64,000 nt of DNA from contig JACRGF010000048.1 in the NCBI GenBank assembly GCA_016212395.1, positions 10,759 to 74,758 on the forward strand, read 5' to 3'. Positions 54,947 through 63,295 of the stretch are shown in pieces. The notes below the pieces were generated by a model. That model did not search any database. It was not told the origin of the DNA and saw nothing but the letters and a program-made list of their open reading frames with translations. This DNA comes from Candidatus Micrarchaeota archaeon. Lineage in GTDB: Archaea > Micrarchaeota > Micrarchaeia > Burarchaeales > JACRGF01. Made by a program: the position numbers and the translations under genes. Numbering within the stretch: the stretch's first letter is position 1; the number at the start of each line of letters is the position of its first letter.

Positions 54947-55537
54947 TTGGGAGATCCTAAGAAGAACAAGAAAAAATACGAGTCTCCGAGGAAAGTTTGG
55001 GACTTGACGCGCATAGTTAAGGAACAAGGCTTGCTTGAAGAGTACGGCTTGAGAAGCATGCGTGAATTGTGGGCTGTAGAGCAGGAACTCAAGAAGATTA
55101 GGAGGGAAGCGCGGAGATTGCTGCCTTTGGGTGAACGCGGTGAGACTGAATCGAGAAAGCTGCTCACGAGGACAGCACGCTTGGGCTTGACTGCGGAAAG
55201 CGCGACGCTCGACGACTTGCTTTCCTTGAAAGTTCAAGACTTGCTGGACAGGCGGCTCGAGTCGCAAGTGTTCAAGCGCGGGCTTGCGAAATCAATGAAG
55301 CAAAGCAGGCAGATTATAGTTCACGGGTTTGTTGCAGTGAACGGAAAGCGAATATGCGCGCCGAATTATATAGTGCCGGTCTCTGAAGAAAAAGCGATTT
55401 CTTACTACAAGCCGATAAACTTGAACCCTGAGCCTTTGACTGTCCCGACGAGGAAAAGCAGGGAGGTTGAAGGCAAGATAGAGGAAACACCAGCAAGCGG
55501 AGAAGGGGAAACGCCGTCTGCTGAAGCAGCGAGTTAA
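54947..55537 (+). CDS. rps4: ribosomal protein uS4
   Basis: TTG start behind AAGGTGGT. Confidence 0.95.
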   Translation: MGDPKKNKKKYESPRKVWDLTRIVKEQGLLEEYGLRSMRELWAVEQELKKIRREARRLLPLGERGETESRKLLTRTARLGLTAESATLDDLLSLKVQDLLDRRLESQVFKRGLAKSMKQSRQIIVHGFVAVNGKRICAPNYIVPVSEEKAISYYKPINLNPEPLTVPTRKSREVEGKIEETPASGEGETPSAEAAS

Positions 55538-55552
55538 GTTAGGTGATATTTG

Positions 55553-56107
55553 ATGAGTGAAGAAAAAACTGAAGTGAAAAAAGAAGCAGTGCAAGCAAAG
55601 GAAGCAACGCAAGTTCAGGAAGTCAAAAAAGAAACAGCACAGCCTCAACTGCAGGAAATCAAGAAGGATGGAGTGCAAGCGCCTGTCCAGGCAGGAGCGC
55701 AGCCTGTTCCAATGATAAGAAGGCCGAAAAAATCCGCGTTGGCGAACGTCTACTCTTCGAAGAACAACACGATTATAACAATAACAGACTTGAGCGGTGC
55801 TGAAACTATAGCGAAATGCAGTGGCGGAGTGATAGTAAAGTCTGACAGGGAGGAAGGCTCGCCGTACGCGGCAATGCAGGCAGCGTTCAAAGCAGCAGAC
55901 TTGGCGAAAGAGAGAGGGATTACTCACATTCGAATAAAAATACGCGCGCCTGGAGGCCACGGCGCGAAAACTCCCGGAGCAGGAGCGCAGGCAGTAGTAA
56001 GGGCGCTCGCGCGTTCAGGGCTGAGGATAGAAAAAATAGAGGACGTTACTCCGATTCCAACAGACACGACGAAAAGGCCTGGCGGAAGGAGAGGCAGGAG
56101 AGTGTAG
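55553..56107 (+). CDS. rps11: ribosomal protein uS11 with about 55-aa N-terminal extension
   Basis: Sequence and position. Confidence 0.95.
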   Translation: MSEEKTEVKKEAVQAKEATQVQEVKKETAQPQLQEIKKDGVQAPVQAGAQPVPMIRRPKKSALANVYSSKNNTIITITDLSGAETIAKCSGGVIVKSDREEGSPYAAMQAAFKAADLAKERGITHIRIKIRAPGGHGAKTPGAGAQAVVRALARSGLRIEKIEDVTPIPTDTTKRPGGRRGRRV

Positions 56108-56206
56108 AAAATTGTTTTGAATGGTTCTGAATGGTTTCGAGTTGTTTTGGAGGTTGTTCAAAACAAGTCAAGGCCAGTCAAAACAAATCAAAACCAATAA
56201 AAGGGT
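56108..56206. repeat. 8-nt array followed by its inverted copy, upstream of rpoD
   Basis: TTGTTTTGAATGGTTCTGAATGGTTTCGAGTTGTTTTGGAGGTTGTTCAAAACAAGTCAAGGCCAGTCAAAACAAATCAAAACC. Confidence 0.65.
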
Positions 56207-56218
56207 TTGGTGGAGTTT

Positions 56219-56791
56219 ATGAAAGTTGAAACGATAAAGTCTTCTGAAGAAGAATTGGAGTTAGTGATTTCAGGGGTTGCTTGCTCGTTCGCGAACGCGT
56301 TGAGGCGCGTGGGAATGTCCCAAGTACCGGTATTTGCCGTAGACTCGATTACAGTCTATGAAAACTCGTCAGCATTTTTCGACGAGTATATTGCGAACAG
56401 GCTCGCACTCGTTCCGCTGAGGACAGAGGAAGGCTACAAGGAAGGCGAAGAAATAATTCTCATGCTTGACGCGGTAGGCCCGTGCACAGTGTACTCGAAG
56501 GACTTGCGAAGCACAGACGGGAAGATAACTCCTGCGAGAGAAAAAATTCCGTTGCTGAAGCTCGGGCAAGGGCAGAACGTGAGGCTCGAGGCAAAAGCAA
56601 AACTCGGCATTGGAAGGGAACACGCGAAATTTCAAGCGTCGAACATAATGTACAATTACGACGAGAAGAAAGACGAGTACGCGTTCAAAATAGAGTCGTT
56701 CGGCCAAATGGCTGCGAGAGAAGTGCTCAAGCAGGCAGTGAAAGTGATAAACGAAAAATGCAAGGAACTTGAAAAGCAAATGAAAAAGTAA
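56219..56791 (+). CDS. rpoD: DNA-directed RNA polymerase subunit D (Rpo3), short form
   Basis: SFANALRRVGMSQVPVFAVD; no Cys cluster domain. Confidence 0.9.
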   Translation: MKVETIKSSEEELELVISGVACSFANALRRVGMSQVPVFAVDSITVYENSSAFFDEYIANRLALVPLRTEEGYKEGEEIILMLDAVGPCTVYSKDLRSTDGKITPAREKIPLLKLGQGQNVRLEAKAKLGIGREHAKFQASNIMYNYDEKKDEYAFKIESFGQMAAREVLKQAVKVINEKCKELEKQMKK

Positions 56792-56855
56792 AAGCACTCG
56801 CAGAACGGTTTTCACACTGCTGAAAACTGGAAACAGAAAACCGAAAACGTTTGCT

Positions 56856-56994
56856 GCGGGGGTGTCAGAGCTAGGTCAAATGAGCAGGACTGAGGCTCCT
56901 GTGCCTTTAGTGGCTGCGCGAGTTCAAATCTTCGCAAACTCCGCTTGCGATTTTTAAACGGAGTGAAGCGGAGTTGAAAATCTCGTCCCCCGCA
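56856..56994 (+). tRNA. tRNA-Leu(GAG) with ~52-nt T-loop intron (about 56929-56980)
   Basis: Acceptor GCGGGGG/CCCCCGC, A73, anticodon loop CUGAGGC, long variable arm, T-stem GCGAG/CUCGU split after UUCAAA. Confidence 0.85.
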
Positions 56995-57005
56995 TTAGTG
57001 TTTTT

Positions 57006-57061
57006 GGTTTAGAAGTTTTGGAGTTTTGTAGTTTAGAGGTTTGGAAGTTTTGGAATTTGGG
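57006..57061 (+). repeat. seven exact-phase tandem octamers
   Basis: GGTTTAGA AGTTTTGG AGTTTTGT AGTTTAGA GGTTTGGA AGTTTTGG AATTTGGG. Confidence 0.85.
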
Positions 57062-57094
57062 AATTGTTTGTTCAAATGAAAAAGGTGTGGTGGT

Positions 57095-57454
57095 ATGAAG
57101 AAAGGTCCGGAAAATCAGGTAGTAAAGAAAATTGCGAGAGAACTGGAAAAAGCGTCTTCGAAGAACGATGTCGCCATATGGCGCAGCGTGTCTGAAAGGA
57201 TATGCAAGCCAGCTCGGCTTTCCGTGGGCGTGAACGTTGGAAAGATAAACGATTTGACGAAGAAGGGCGAGGTAGTGCTCGTTCCTGGGAAAGTTCTCGG
57301 CACTGGCGTGCTTGACCACGCGGTGAGCGTTGCTGCGTTAAAGTTTTCGGAAAGCGCGAAAGGCAAAATTGCTTCTGCGGGTGGAAAGTGCTTGGGCTTG
57401 CTTGAATTAGTGAACAGCAACCCGAAGGGAAGCGGGGTCAGGGTATTGTGTTGA
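57095..57454 (+). CDS. rpl18e: ribosomal protein eL18
   Basis: Sequence and position. Confidence 0.9.
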   Translation: MKKGPENQVVKKIARELEKASSKNDVAIWRSVSERICKPARLSVGVNVGKINDLTKKGEVVLVPGKVLGTGVLDHAVSVAALKFSESAKGKIASAGGKCLGLLELVNSNPKGSGVRVLC

Positions 57455-57478
57455 ACAAGTTGAGAGAGGTTGTTTGAA

Positions 57479-57907
57479 ATGGTTGTAATAGATGGAAAGG
57501 ATTTAGTGTTGGGGCGCGTTGCTTCAAAGGTTGCGAAAACGCTTTTGAACGGAGAGGACGTGGCGCTCGTGAATGCCGAGAAACTTGTTATTTCGGGAAG
57601 CCCGAAAGCGACTACTGAAAAGTATTTGACGCGCAGGAGGCTGAAGGACAAAGCGAACCCAGAGCATTCGCCGCACTGGCCGAGGAGGCCGGACTTGCTC
57701 GTGCGCAGGATTATCAGGGGAATGCTTCCATTCAAGAAAGCGCGAGGCAGGGAAGCGTTCAAAAAACTCAGAGTGTACGCCGGAGTTCCGAAAGAGCTTG
57801 AAGCTGCGGAGAAGCTGAGTTTTGTTGAAATGAACAAGGGCAAGTTGAACGTTGAGTTTACGGACGTGCAGAAATTGTGCGAGAGGCTCGGCCTCGAACA
57901 AGGGTGA
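57479..57907 (+). CDS. rpl13: ribosomal protein uL13
   Basis: Sequence and position. Confidence 0.95.
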   Translation: MVVIDGKDLVLGRVASKVAKTLLNGEDVALVNAEKLVISGSPKATTEKYLTRRRLKDKANPEHSPHWPRRPDLLVRRIIRGMLPFKKARGREAFKKLRVYAGVPKELEAAEKLSFVEMNKGKLNVEFTDVQKLCERLGLEQG

Positions 57908-57913
57908 AAATAA

Positions 57914-58378
57914 ATGGCTACTAGAAAAAAAACAGCTGCGGCAACAGGAGGCGCCAAGCCTGCTGCGAAAAAAAAGGACAAGTCTGTGGTTACTAGGGGA
58001 AAGAGAAAGGAAAGCATTGCGCGTGCAGTAGCACGCGAGGGGAAAGGAGTAGTGAGGATAAACCGTTTCAAGTTAAACGCTTTGGATCATTCCTATTTTC
58101 AAGAGATAGTGAACGAACCGCTTGAAGTAGCTGGAGAAGCGATTACGTCGAAAATAGACATTGACGTGAGCGTGCACGGCGGCGGGAGAATGAGCCAGGC
58201 TGAAGCAGCCAGGACTGCGATAGCACGCGCGATAATCGCGCACAATGGAACTGAAGAACTCAAAAACAAGATGCTCGAGCATGACAGGTTTTTGTTAAGG
58301 GAAGACGTGCGGAGAGTCGAGCCTAAAAAGTACAAGGGGCCGAAAGCACGCGCGAGATTCCAAAAATCATACAGATAA
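57914..58378 (+). CDS. rps9: ribosomal protein uS9
   Basis: C-terminal ...ARFQKSYR. Confidence 0.95.
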   Translation: MATRKKTAAATGGAKPAAKKKDKSVVTRGKRKESIARAVAREGKGVVRINRFKLNALDHSYFQEIVNEPLEVAGEAITSKIDIDVSVHGGGRMSQAEAARTAIARAIIAHNGTEELKNKMLEHDRFLLREDVRRVEPKKYKGPKARARFQKSYR

Positions 58379-58399
58379 AAAAAAAAGGGTGATTTGAGA

Positions 58400-58597
58400 A
58401 TGATGCCTCCGATAAGATGCTTTACGTGCGGGAAAGTAATTGGTGACAAGTTCGAGGAATACTCTGAAAAGACAGGCAAAGGCGAGGACGCGGGAAAAGT
58501 TTTGGACGCGGTCGGAGTTTCCAAGTATTGTTGCAGGAGAATGTTTGTTGGCCACGTGGACGTAGTGGATGAAACGATTAGGTACGGAAGGTTTTAA
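58400..58597 (+). CDS. rpoN: RNA polymerase subunit N (Rpo10)
   Basis: MMPPIRCFTCGKVIG...KYCCRRM. Confidence 0.9.
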   Translation: MMPPIRCFTCGKVIGDKFEEYSEKTGKGEDAGKVLDAVGVSKYCCRRMFVGHVDVVDETIRYGRF

Positions 58598-58608
58598 GGA
58601 AAAAGATT

Positions 58609-58729
58609 GGGGCCGTGTGCTAGCTTGGTATGCTTCCAGCTTGGGGTGCTGGCGACTCGAGTTCAAAAGAGCCCGGTCTTCAAAGCTTGGAATGGAAGGC
58701 TGGCGGCGCTGAATTTCTCGACGGCCCCA
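58609..58729 (+). tRNA. tRNA-Pro(GGG) with ~48-nt T-loop intron (about 58668-58715)
   Basis: Acceptor GGGGCCG/CGGCCCC, anticodon loop UUGGGGU, T-stem UCGAG/CUCGA; D-stem weak (U.U, G-C, C-G, U.U). Confidence 0.75.
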
Positions 58730-58817
58730 TTAGTGGTTTTGCAATTGTTTCGCAGTGGTTCTGAATGGTTTTGCCTCAGTAGTTTAGAAGTTTCGCAGTT
58801 TTGAAGTTTTGGAGTTT
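58730..58817 (+). repeat. tandem 8-nt array upstream of uS2
   Basis: ...AGTTTAGAAGTTTCGCAGTTTTGAAGTTTTGGAGTTT-ATG. Confidence 0.7.
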
Positions 58818-59603
58818 ATGAGTTTTGAGAGGGTTGATACGATGGAGGAAATGCTTGTACCGCAGGAAAAATACTTGGAAGCAGGAATACACATTGGAAC
58901 AAAGCTGAAAACGTCTGACATGATACAGTATATTTACAAGGCACGCCAGGACAAATTGTACGTGCTTGACTTGAAGAAAACTGACGAGAAAATAAGGCTT
59001 GCGGCGAGGTTTATTTCGCGTTACAAGCCTGAAGACGTGCTCATTGTCGCGTCTAGAACGTACGCAAGCAACGCGAGCAAAACGTTCTGCAAGACTACGA
59101 GTTGCAGGCAGCTGGCAGGAAGATTCGTGCCAGGCATTCTGACAAACCCGGCGAGGGAAAGCTTCATAGAGCCGAAGCTAGTGATAGTTTCAGACCCGAA
59201 GGGAGAACGGCAGGCGATAAGGGAAGCCGCAAAGTCAGGCATTCCGGTAATCGCGTTGTGCGACACGGACAACACGACGAAGTTCATTGACTTGATAGTG
59301 CCGTGCAACAACAAAGGCAAAAAATCTTTAGCGCTCGTTTTCTACCTGCTCGCGCGCGAAGTGCTTAAAGCAAAGGGAGAAATACAAACAGACGCAGAGT
59401 TTAAGACAAGCCTTGCGGAATTCGAGGAAGACGTTATTCTCGAAGAAGAAAACGCCGAACCTGCTGTTGATGCGGTAGAGGATTCTGCTCCGGCAGAAGC
59501 TGTTGCTGAACAACCGGCTGAAGAGCAGGAAGCGAAAAAACCGCGCAAGAAAAAGAAGGAAAAGAAAGAAGGCGAATCTGCTGAAGAAGCACCAGCACAG
59601 TAA
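58818..59603 (+). CDS. rps2: ribosomal protein uS2 with acidic/K-rich C-terminal tail
   Basis: [16 protein letters not shown]; start uncertain (58809 TTG, 58818 or 58842 ATG). Confidence 0.9.
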   Translation: MSFERVDTMEEMLVPQEKYLEAGIHIGTKLKTSDMIQYIYKARQDKLYVLDLKKTDEKIRLAARFISRYKPEDVLIVASRTYASNASKTFCKTTSCRQLAGRFVPGILTNPARESFIEPKLVIVSDPKGERQAIREAAKSGIPVIALCDTDNTTKFIDLIVPCNNKGKKSLALVFYLLAREVLKAKGEIQTDAEFKTSLAEFEEDVILEEENAEPAVDAVEDSAPAEAVAEQPAEEQEAKKPRKKKKEKKEGESAEEAPAQ

Positions 59604-59769
59604 AAAAAAAAACGCGGAACAGAAAACGCTGAAGAACACGCAAAGCTGGAAAAAAAAGAAAAACGCGCGGAGAAATGTTTTCAAGAGTTAGCGGGAGCAC
59701 AAAAAAACGAGTGGGTGTTTTCGGGTGGGTTTAGAACTGCTCGCGTATATTTTTTGCGGTTTTATTTTT

Positions 59770-60912
59770 CTATTCAAGCAAGTTGGCGGGGTTGCATGTT
59801 TCTTTTAACGCCGAGTCTGTAATTTGTTCACACAGCGTCTTGTCTCCTGTTTTTTTGGACAGCCTGCTGTAGCAAGCATCTTTCCAGGAAGTGTCTTTCG
59901 CTGGAATGGCGTCGCAGCTTTCCTTTCCGTAGTCCGCGTCAGGTGATTCGACGATGTACGCGTAACAATTGTACCTGTGGTAGTTGACGATTATGCCACT
60001 GCATGTTTCAGGCTTTCCAGTGTCTTTCGCCACGTTGTTTCGGCAAACGTCTGCGAGCGTCTTGTTCATGAAGCCGCTTACTATCAATCCGCAAACGCTC
60101 GCGTTTCTGGTCCTGCTCGCAAGCACGGAATAGCAATCGTCCCTGTCGAACTCGTCGTACTTTTTCGAGCACGCGCTCGCGTCATTGTTGGCGAGCGCGA
60201 AGTGCTCGTAGCACAAGTTTACGTATGTGCGGGTTACGGCATAATAGCATAGCGAGCTGTCGTTCTTGAGTTTCGCCACATTAGTATAGCAAGCATCGCG
60301 CGTCGTGTTGTCTGTTGCAGGCAAGTTTTGGCAGAAAGACAAGTCGTTCGAGACGAACGCTTGGCACGCGTGCTTTTTCAAAGTTGATGAAATCAAGCTG
60401 CACGCTGAGAGGTTCAGCGTGCTTGACGCGTAGTCGTAAATGCACGAGTCGCCATAATCGCCGCATTTCTCGGCGTTGTTGTAAAACTTCGCCAGGCACA
60501 ATGCTTTCGACTCGTTTTCAGCAAGCGAGCACGGCGGGTTTATTTCCTCAATGCACGCAGTGCGCTCGGCGTAATTGCGTATGCTTTCGCAAACTCCTGA
60601 AAAGTTGAGAGAGCGAGCTGCAGAGTAAAAGCAAGAGTTTCTCGTTACAACATTTTCGACTTTCTCGCAGTCTTCAACACTGCCTTTTCCGCCTTCAAGC
60701 GAATAGCACGCGTCGCGTTCTTCAGCAGACTGCTTGCCCGCGCACCCTTCAAGAACAGGGACAGTCGTGTTTTGAGTAGTATTGGGTGGAATTATTATTA
60801 GAGGAACTGCAGGAGGCACAGTGTTGTTTTCAACAGGCTTTACTGGCTCTTGCCCGAAACAGCCGAACAACAGCAGGCAGGCGAATAATGGGACTAATAA
60901 TGCCAAGCGCAT
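59770..60912 (-). CDS. Cys-rich repeat lipoprotein (paralogue of 4236..4946)
   Basis: Start moved to MRLALLVPLFACLLLFGC (lipobox-like), 23 nt below TTTAAATA; about 16 repeats of [RK]D-x-CY-x3-A...C-x2-I. Confidence 0.6.
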   Translation of the reverse strand: MRLALLVPLFACLLLFGCFGQEPVKPVENNTVPPAVPLIIIPPNTTQNTTVPVLEGCAGKQSAEERDACYSLEGGKGSVEDCEKVENVVTRNSCFYSAARSLNFSGVCESIRNYAERTACIEEINPPCSLAENESKALCLAKFYNNAEKCGDYGDSCIYDYASSTLNLSACSLISSTLKKHACQAFVSNDLSFCQNLPATDNTTRDACYTNVAKLKNDSSLCYYAVTRTYVNLCYEHFALANNDASACSKKYDEFDRDDCYSVLASRTRNASVCGLIVSGFMNKTLADVCRNNVAKDTGKPETCSGIIVNYHRYNCYAYIVESPDADYGKESCDAIPAKDTSWKDACYSRLSKKTGDKTLCEQITDSALKETCNPANLLE

Positions 60913-60934
60913 AAAATAAACTGTCGCGGGAGAA

Positions 60935-60942
60935 TATTTAAA
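60935..60942 (-). promoter_or_regulatory. TTTAAATA TATA box, leaderless geometry
   Basis: Box ends 23 nt before ATG 60912. Confidence 0.55.
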
Positions 60943-61081
60943 TGCTGTGATGTTGAAAGACGTTTCGGGTGTATAATTGACGAGGGAAAAACTGCATTCT
61001 AGAGTAAAGCTCGTTGAGAGCGTTGCTGAAAACGTTTTGCAGGCAACACCCGACGCTACGCACGCCGTGTCAGTAATAACA

Positions 61082-61384
61082 ATGGGCAGTGTGGAAAAGG
61101 CGAGAGCAGAAGAAACGATTTCAAGGATATACTCGAAACTGCCCGGAGAGCTTGCGCGCTTGGGAATTACCTCTGTGCAGGCAGGGGATTTGAAAAAGAA
61201 AATCAACGAAGTGAGAGTGCGCGTCTATGGAAAGGAGCAGTGGGAGGCAGTGCACGGAAAAAAAGCTGCAAGCGTGTGGAGCATGGCAGTATACCACAAG
61301 CAAAATATCGTCGAGGTAGTTGAAGGAGAAAAAATGAAGGGCGCGCTCGTGAAAGCATTCGCGCACCACTTGCTGAAAGAATAA
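61082..61384 (+). CDS. hypothetical protein
   Basis: ORF only; first ATG of a TTG-initiated 135-aa ORF. Confidence 0.3.
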   Translation: MGSVEKARAEETISRIYSKLPGELARLGITSVQAGDLKKKINEVRVRVYGKEQWEAVHGKKAASVWSMAVYHKQNIVEVVEGEKMKGALVKAFAHHLLKE

Positions 61385-61410
61385 AAAAAAAAACGGGGAA
61401 AAAGAAAGAG

Positions 61411-61851
61411 ATGAAGAAAAAAAACAGCAAAAAACTAAAAGCGAGAGCAAACGCTAAACGCCCAGCAAGACTTAAAGCAAAAACTGTGAAGAAAAACAAA
61501 AAGAACACTGGCGCGAAAATAAAAGAAAGAATCGTAAAAAAAAATGCGAAGACGCTTGGCGGGAAAAAAAGCGCGCTGAAAAAAACAGTCAAGCCAAGGG
61601 GCACTTCACAACGCACGCCCATCAATCCGTCGCGCGCGCGAGTTGAAATCCGCAGGCTGCTTATTGCATTGAACAGGACGAACCAGCGCGACAAAGTCGG
61701 GTTGGCGAACCTGCGCGACGAAGTAAACGATTTCGCGGACAAGCTGCGCAGGTCAAGCCCTGACGCGTACACTGAATTCGAGCTTGAAATAAAACTGATT
61801 TACGAGAGAGTATTCAACAAGCTCACAGGCGAGCACGTGTTTGTTGAATGA
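61411..61851 (+). CDS. hypothetical very basic protein (K-rich N-terminal half)
   Basis: MKKKNSKKLKARANAKRPARLKAKTVKKNKK...; about 70-aa helical C-terminal domain. Confidence 0.4.
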   Translation: MKKKNSKKLKARANAKRPARLKAKTVKKNKKNTGAKIKERIVKKNAKTLGGKKSALKKTVKPRGTSQRTPINPSRARVEIRRLLIALNRTNQRDKVGLANLRDEVNDFADKLRRSSPDAYTEFELEIKLIYERVFNKLTGEHVFVE

Positions 61852-61955
61852 AAAAAAGAATAAAGAAATAGAAAAAGAATAAGAGAAAAAAAAGTAAAAA
61901 TAAAAAAGTCGGAAAAAGAAAGGAAACGGTTTTTCGGGGTGTGATTTGCAGCTTT

Positions 61956-61978
61956 GAGTCGACTGTTGTCGACTGCTC
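61956..61978 (+). repeat. GTCGAC hairpin, near-copy of 53792-53814 with a compensatory change
   Basis: GAGTCGACTGTTGTCGACTGCTC versus GAGTTGACTGATGTCAACTGCTC. Confidence 0.65.
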
Positions 61979-62098
61979 TCGGAAAGCTTTGCTTTCCTCG
62001 ATTTCCCGCTCGCGCTATTTGTTCAGCATCGTTTTTGCTTGAGCGAGTTTGTTTGCTTTCATCGATTCGCCTTTTTTTGCTTCTGGAGCGAATTGATT

Positions 62099-62380
62099 TT
62101 AGCCGAACAAGCTTGCCAAGCCTGCTGCTGCTTCTTCTTCAGTTTTCTTTTCTTCCTTCTTTGCTTCCTTCTTTGCTTCTGCTGCCGGGGCTGCTGCGAC
62201 TGGGACTGCTGCTTTCGCAATAGCTTCCTCGATGTTCACTCCTTGCAGTGAAGAAATCAAGGCTTTCGCTTTAGCTGCGTCTCCTTCTACGCCTGCTGCT
62301 TGCAGCACGCTGAGCACGTTTTGCTCGCTTACTTCCTTCTTCGCAGCGTGAAGCAACAGCGCCGCGTGTATGTATTCCAT
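62099..62380 (-). CDS. rpl12: ribosomal stalk protein P1 (aL12)
   Basis: [11 protein letters not shown]...[12 protein letters not shown]. Confidence 0.95.
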   Translation of the reverse strand: MEYIHAALLLHAAKKEVSEQNVLSVLQAAGVEGDAAKAKALISSLQGVNIEEAIAKAAVPVAAAPAAEAKKEAKKEEKKTEEEAAAGLASLFG

Positions 62381-62419
62381 TCATCACACCTCCAAAAATG
62401 TTATCGTTTTTTTCTTTCG

Positions 62420-63274
62420 TTACTCTAGTTTTACGAGTGGTTGCAGTGCTTTTGCTTGCGCGTTGGCTTTAGCCAACAGCAAGTCGATTATTTCCTTCTC
62501 GTAAATTTCAGCGTTGAACGCCAAGTTCCTCGAGTCGTTGACTGCTTTCGCGATCAAGAGCGAAATGTTTGCAGTCGTCGGGTATGCAATGTTGAATGAC
62601 AGGTTGAACGCTTGCCCGGAAGCAGACGACAAGTCTCTCATGAATTTTTCTTCGTCAATGTTGAGCACGTCGTAAGCGTACACTACTCCGGTTTCCCATA
62701 CTGCGGGAATGCGCACCATTACTTCGAAAGGCTGTATGCCGAGTTTTTGCAATGCTTTCGCGACTTCAGGCTTTATTTTCACTCCTGTTTTCGCGACTGT
62801 AGAGTCTTTGCCGATTACTACTTTTCCTCCTGCAATGCGCGCGTCAATGCCTGCAGTCTTCAATTCTGAAAGCACTGGGCCTGGAGGAAGCGTTGTCTCG
62901 CCGGCTGGAACAATCAAGTCGAAAGGCGCGATTTGCCCTGGTTTTGCTGCTGCCTTTCCCTTGTTTTGCTTCATGAACTTGAATAATTCGAACGGGTTTA
63001 TCGAGGAAAACACGAGTGCGGACGGGCCTTTGATGTGTTCGAGCAGTTCTTTCGCTTTTCCGGTTTTTTCTATTGCGAGTTTTATGAGGTTGCTTTTTAC
63101 TACTGCGAACGTTGCTTTGCCTCGCAGTTTCTTTTTGACTGACTGGAATTGGCTGTCTGGGAGATTTCTCAAGTCTATTAACGCGACTACGCTTGCTTCT
63201 TGCAGCTGCTTGGCTACGCGTTCAAGCGTTTCCTGTTTTTTCTTTTTCTTCAAGCCTTTAACTTTTCTTGCCAT
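62420..63274 (-). CDS. rplP0: ribosomal stalk protein P0 (uL10), short form
   Basis: uL10 N-terminal domain; position between L1 and P1; 284 aa with no acidic tail. Confidence 0.9.
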   Translation of the reverse strand: MARKVKGLKKKKKQETLERVAKQLQEASVVALIDLRNLPDSQFQSVKKKLRGKATFAVVKSNLIKLAIEKTGKAKELLEHIKGPSALVFSSINPFELFKFMKQNKGKAAAKPGQIAPFDLIVPAGETTLPPGPVLSELKTAGIDARIAGGKVVIGKDSTVAKTGVKIKPEVAKALQKLGIQPFEVMVRIPAVWETGVVYAYDVLNIDEEKFMRDLSSASGQAFNLSFNIAYPTTANISLLIAKAVNDSRNLAFNAEIYEKEIIDLLLAKANAQAKALQPLVKLE

Positions 63275-63295
63275 GTTTCAACGCCACCGTTAATG

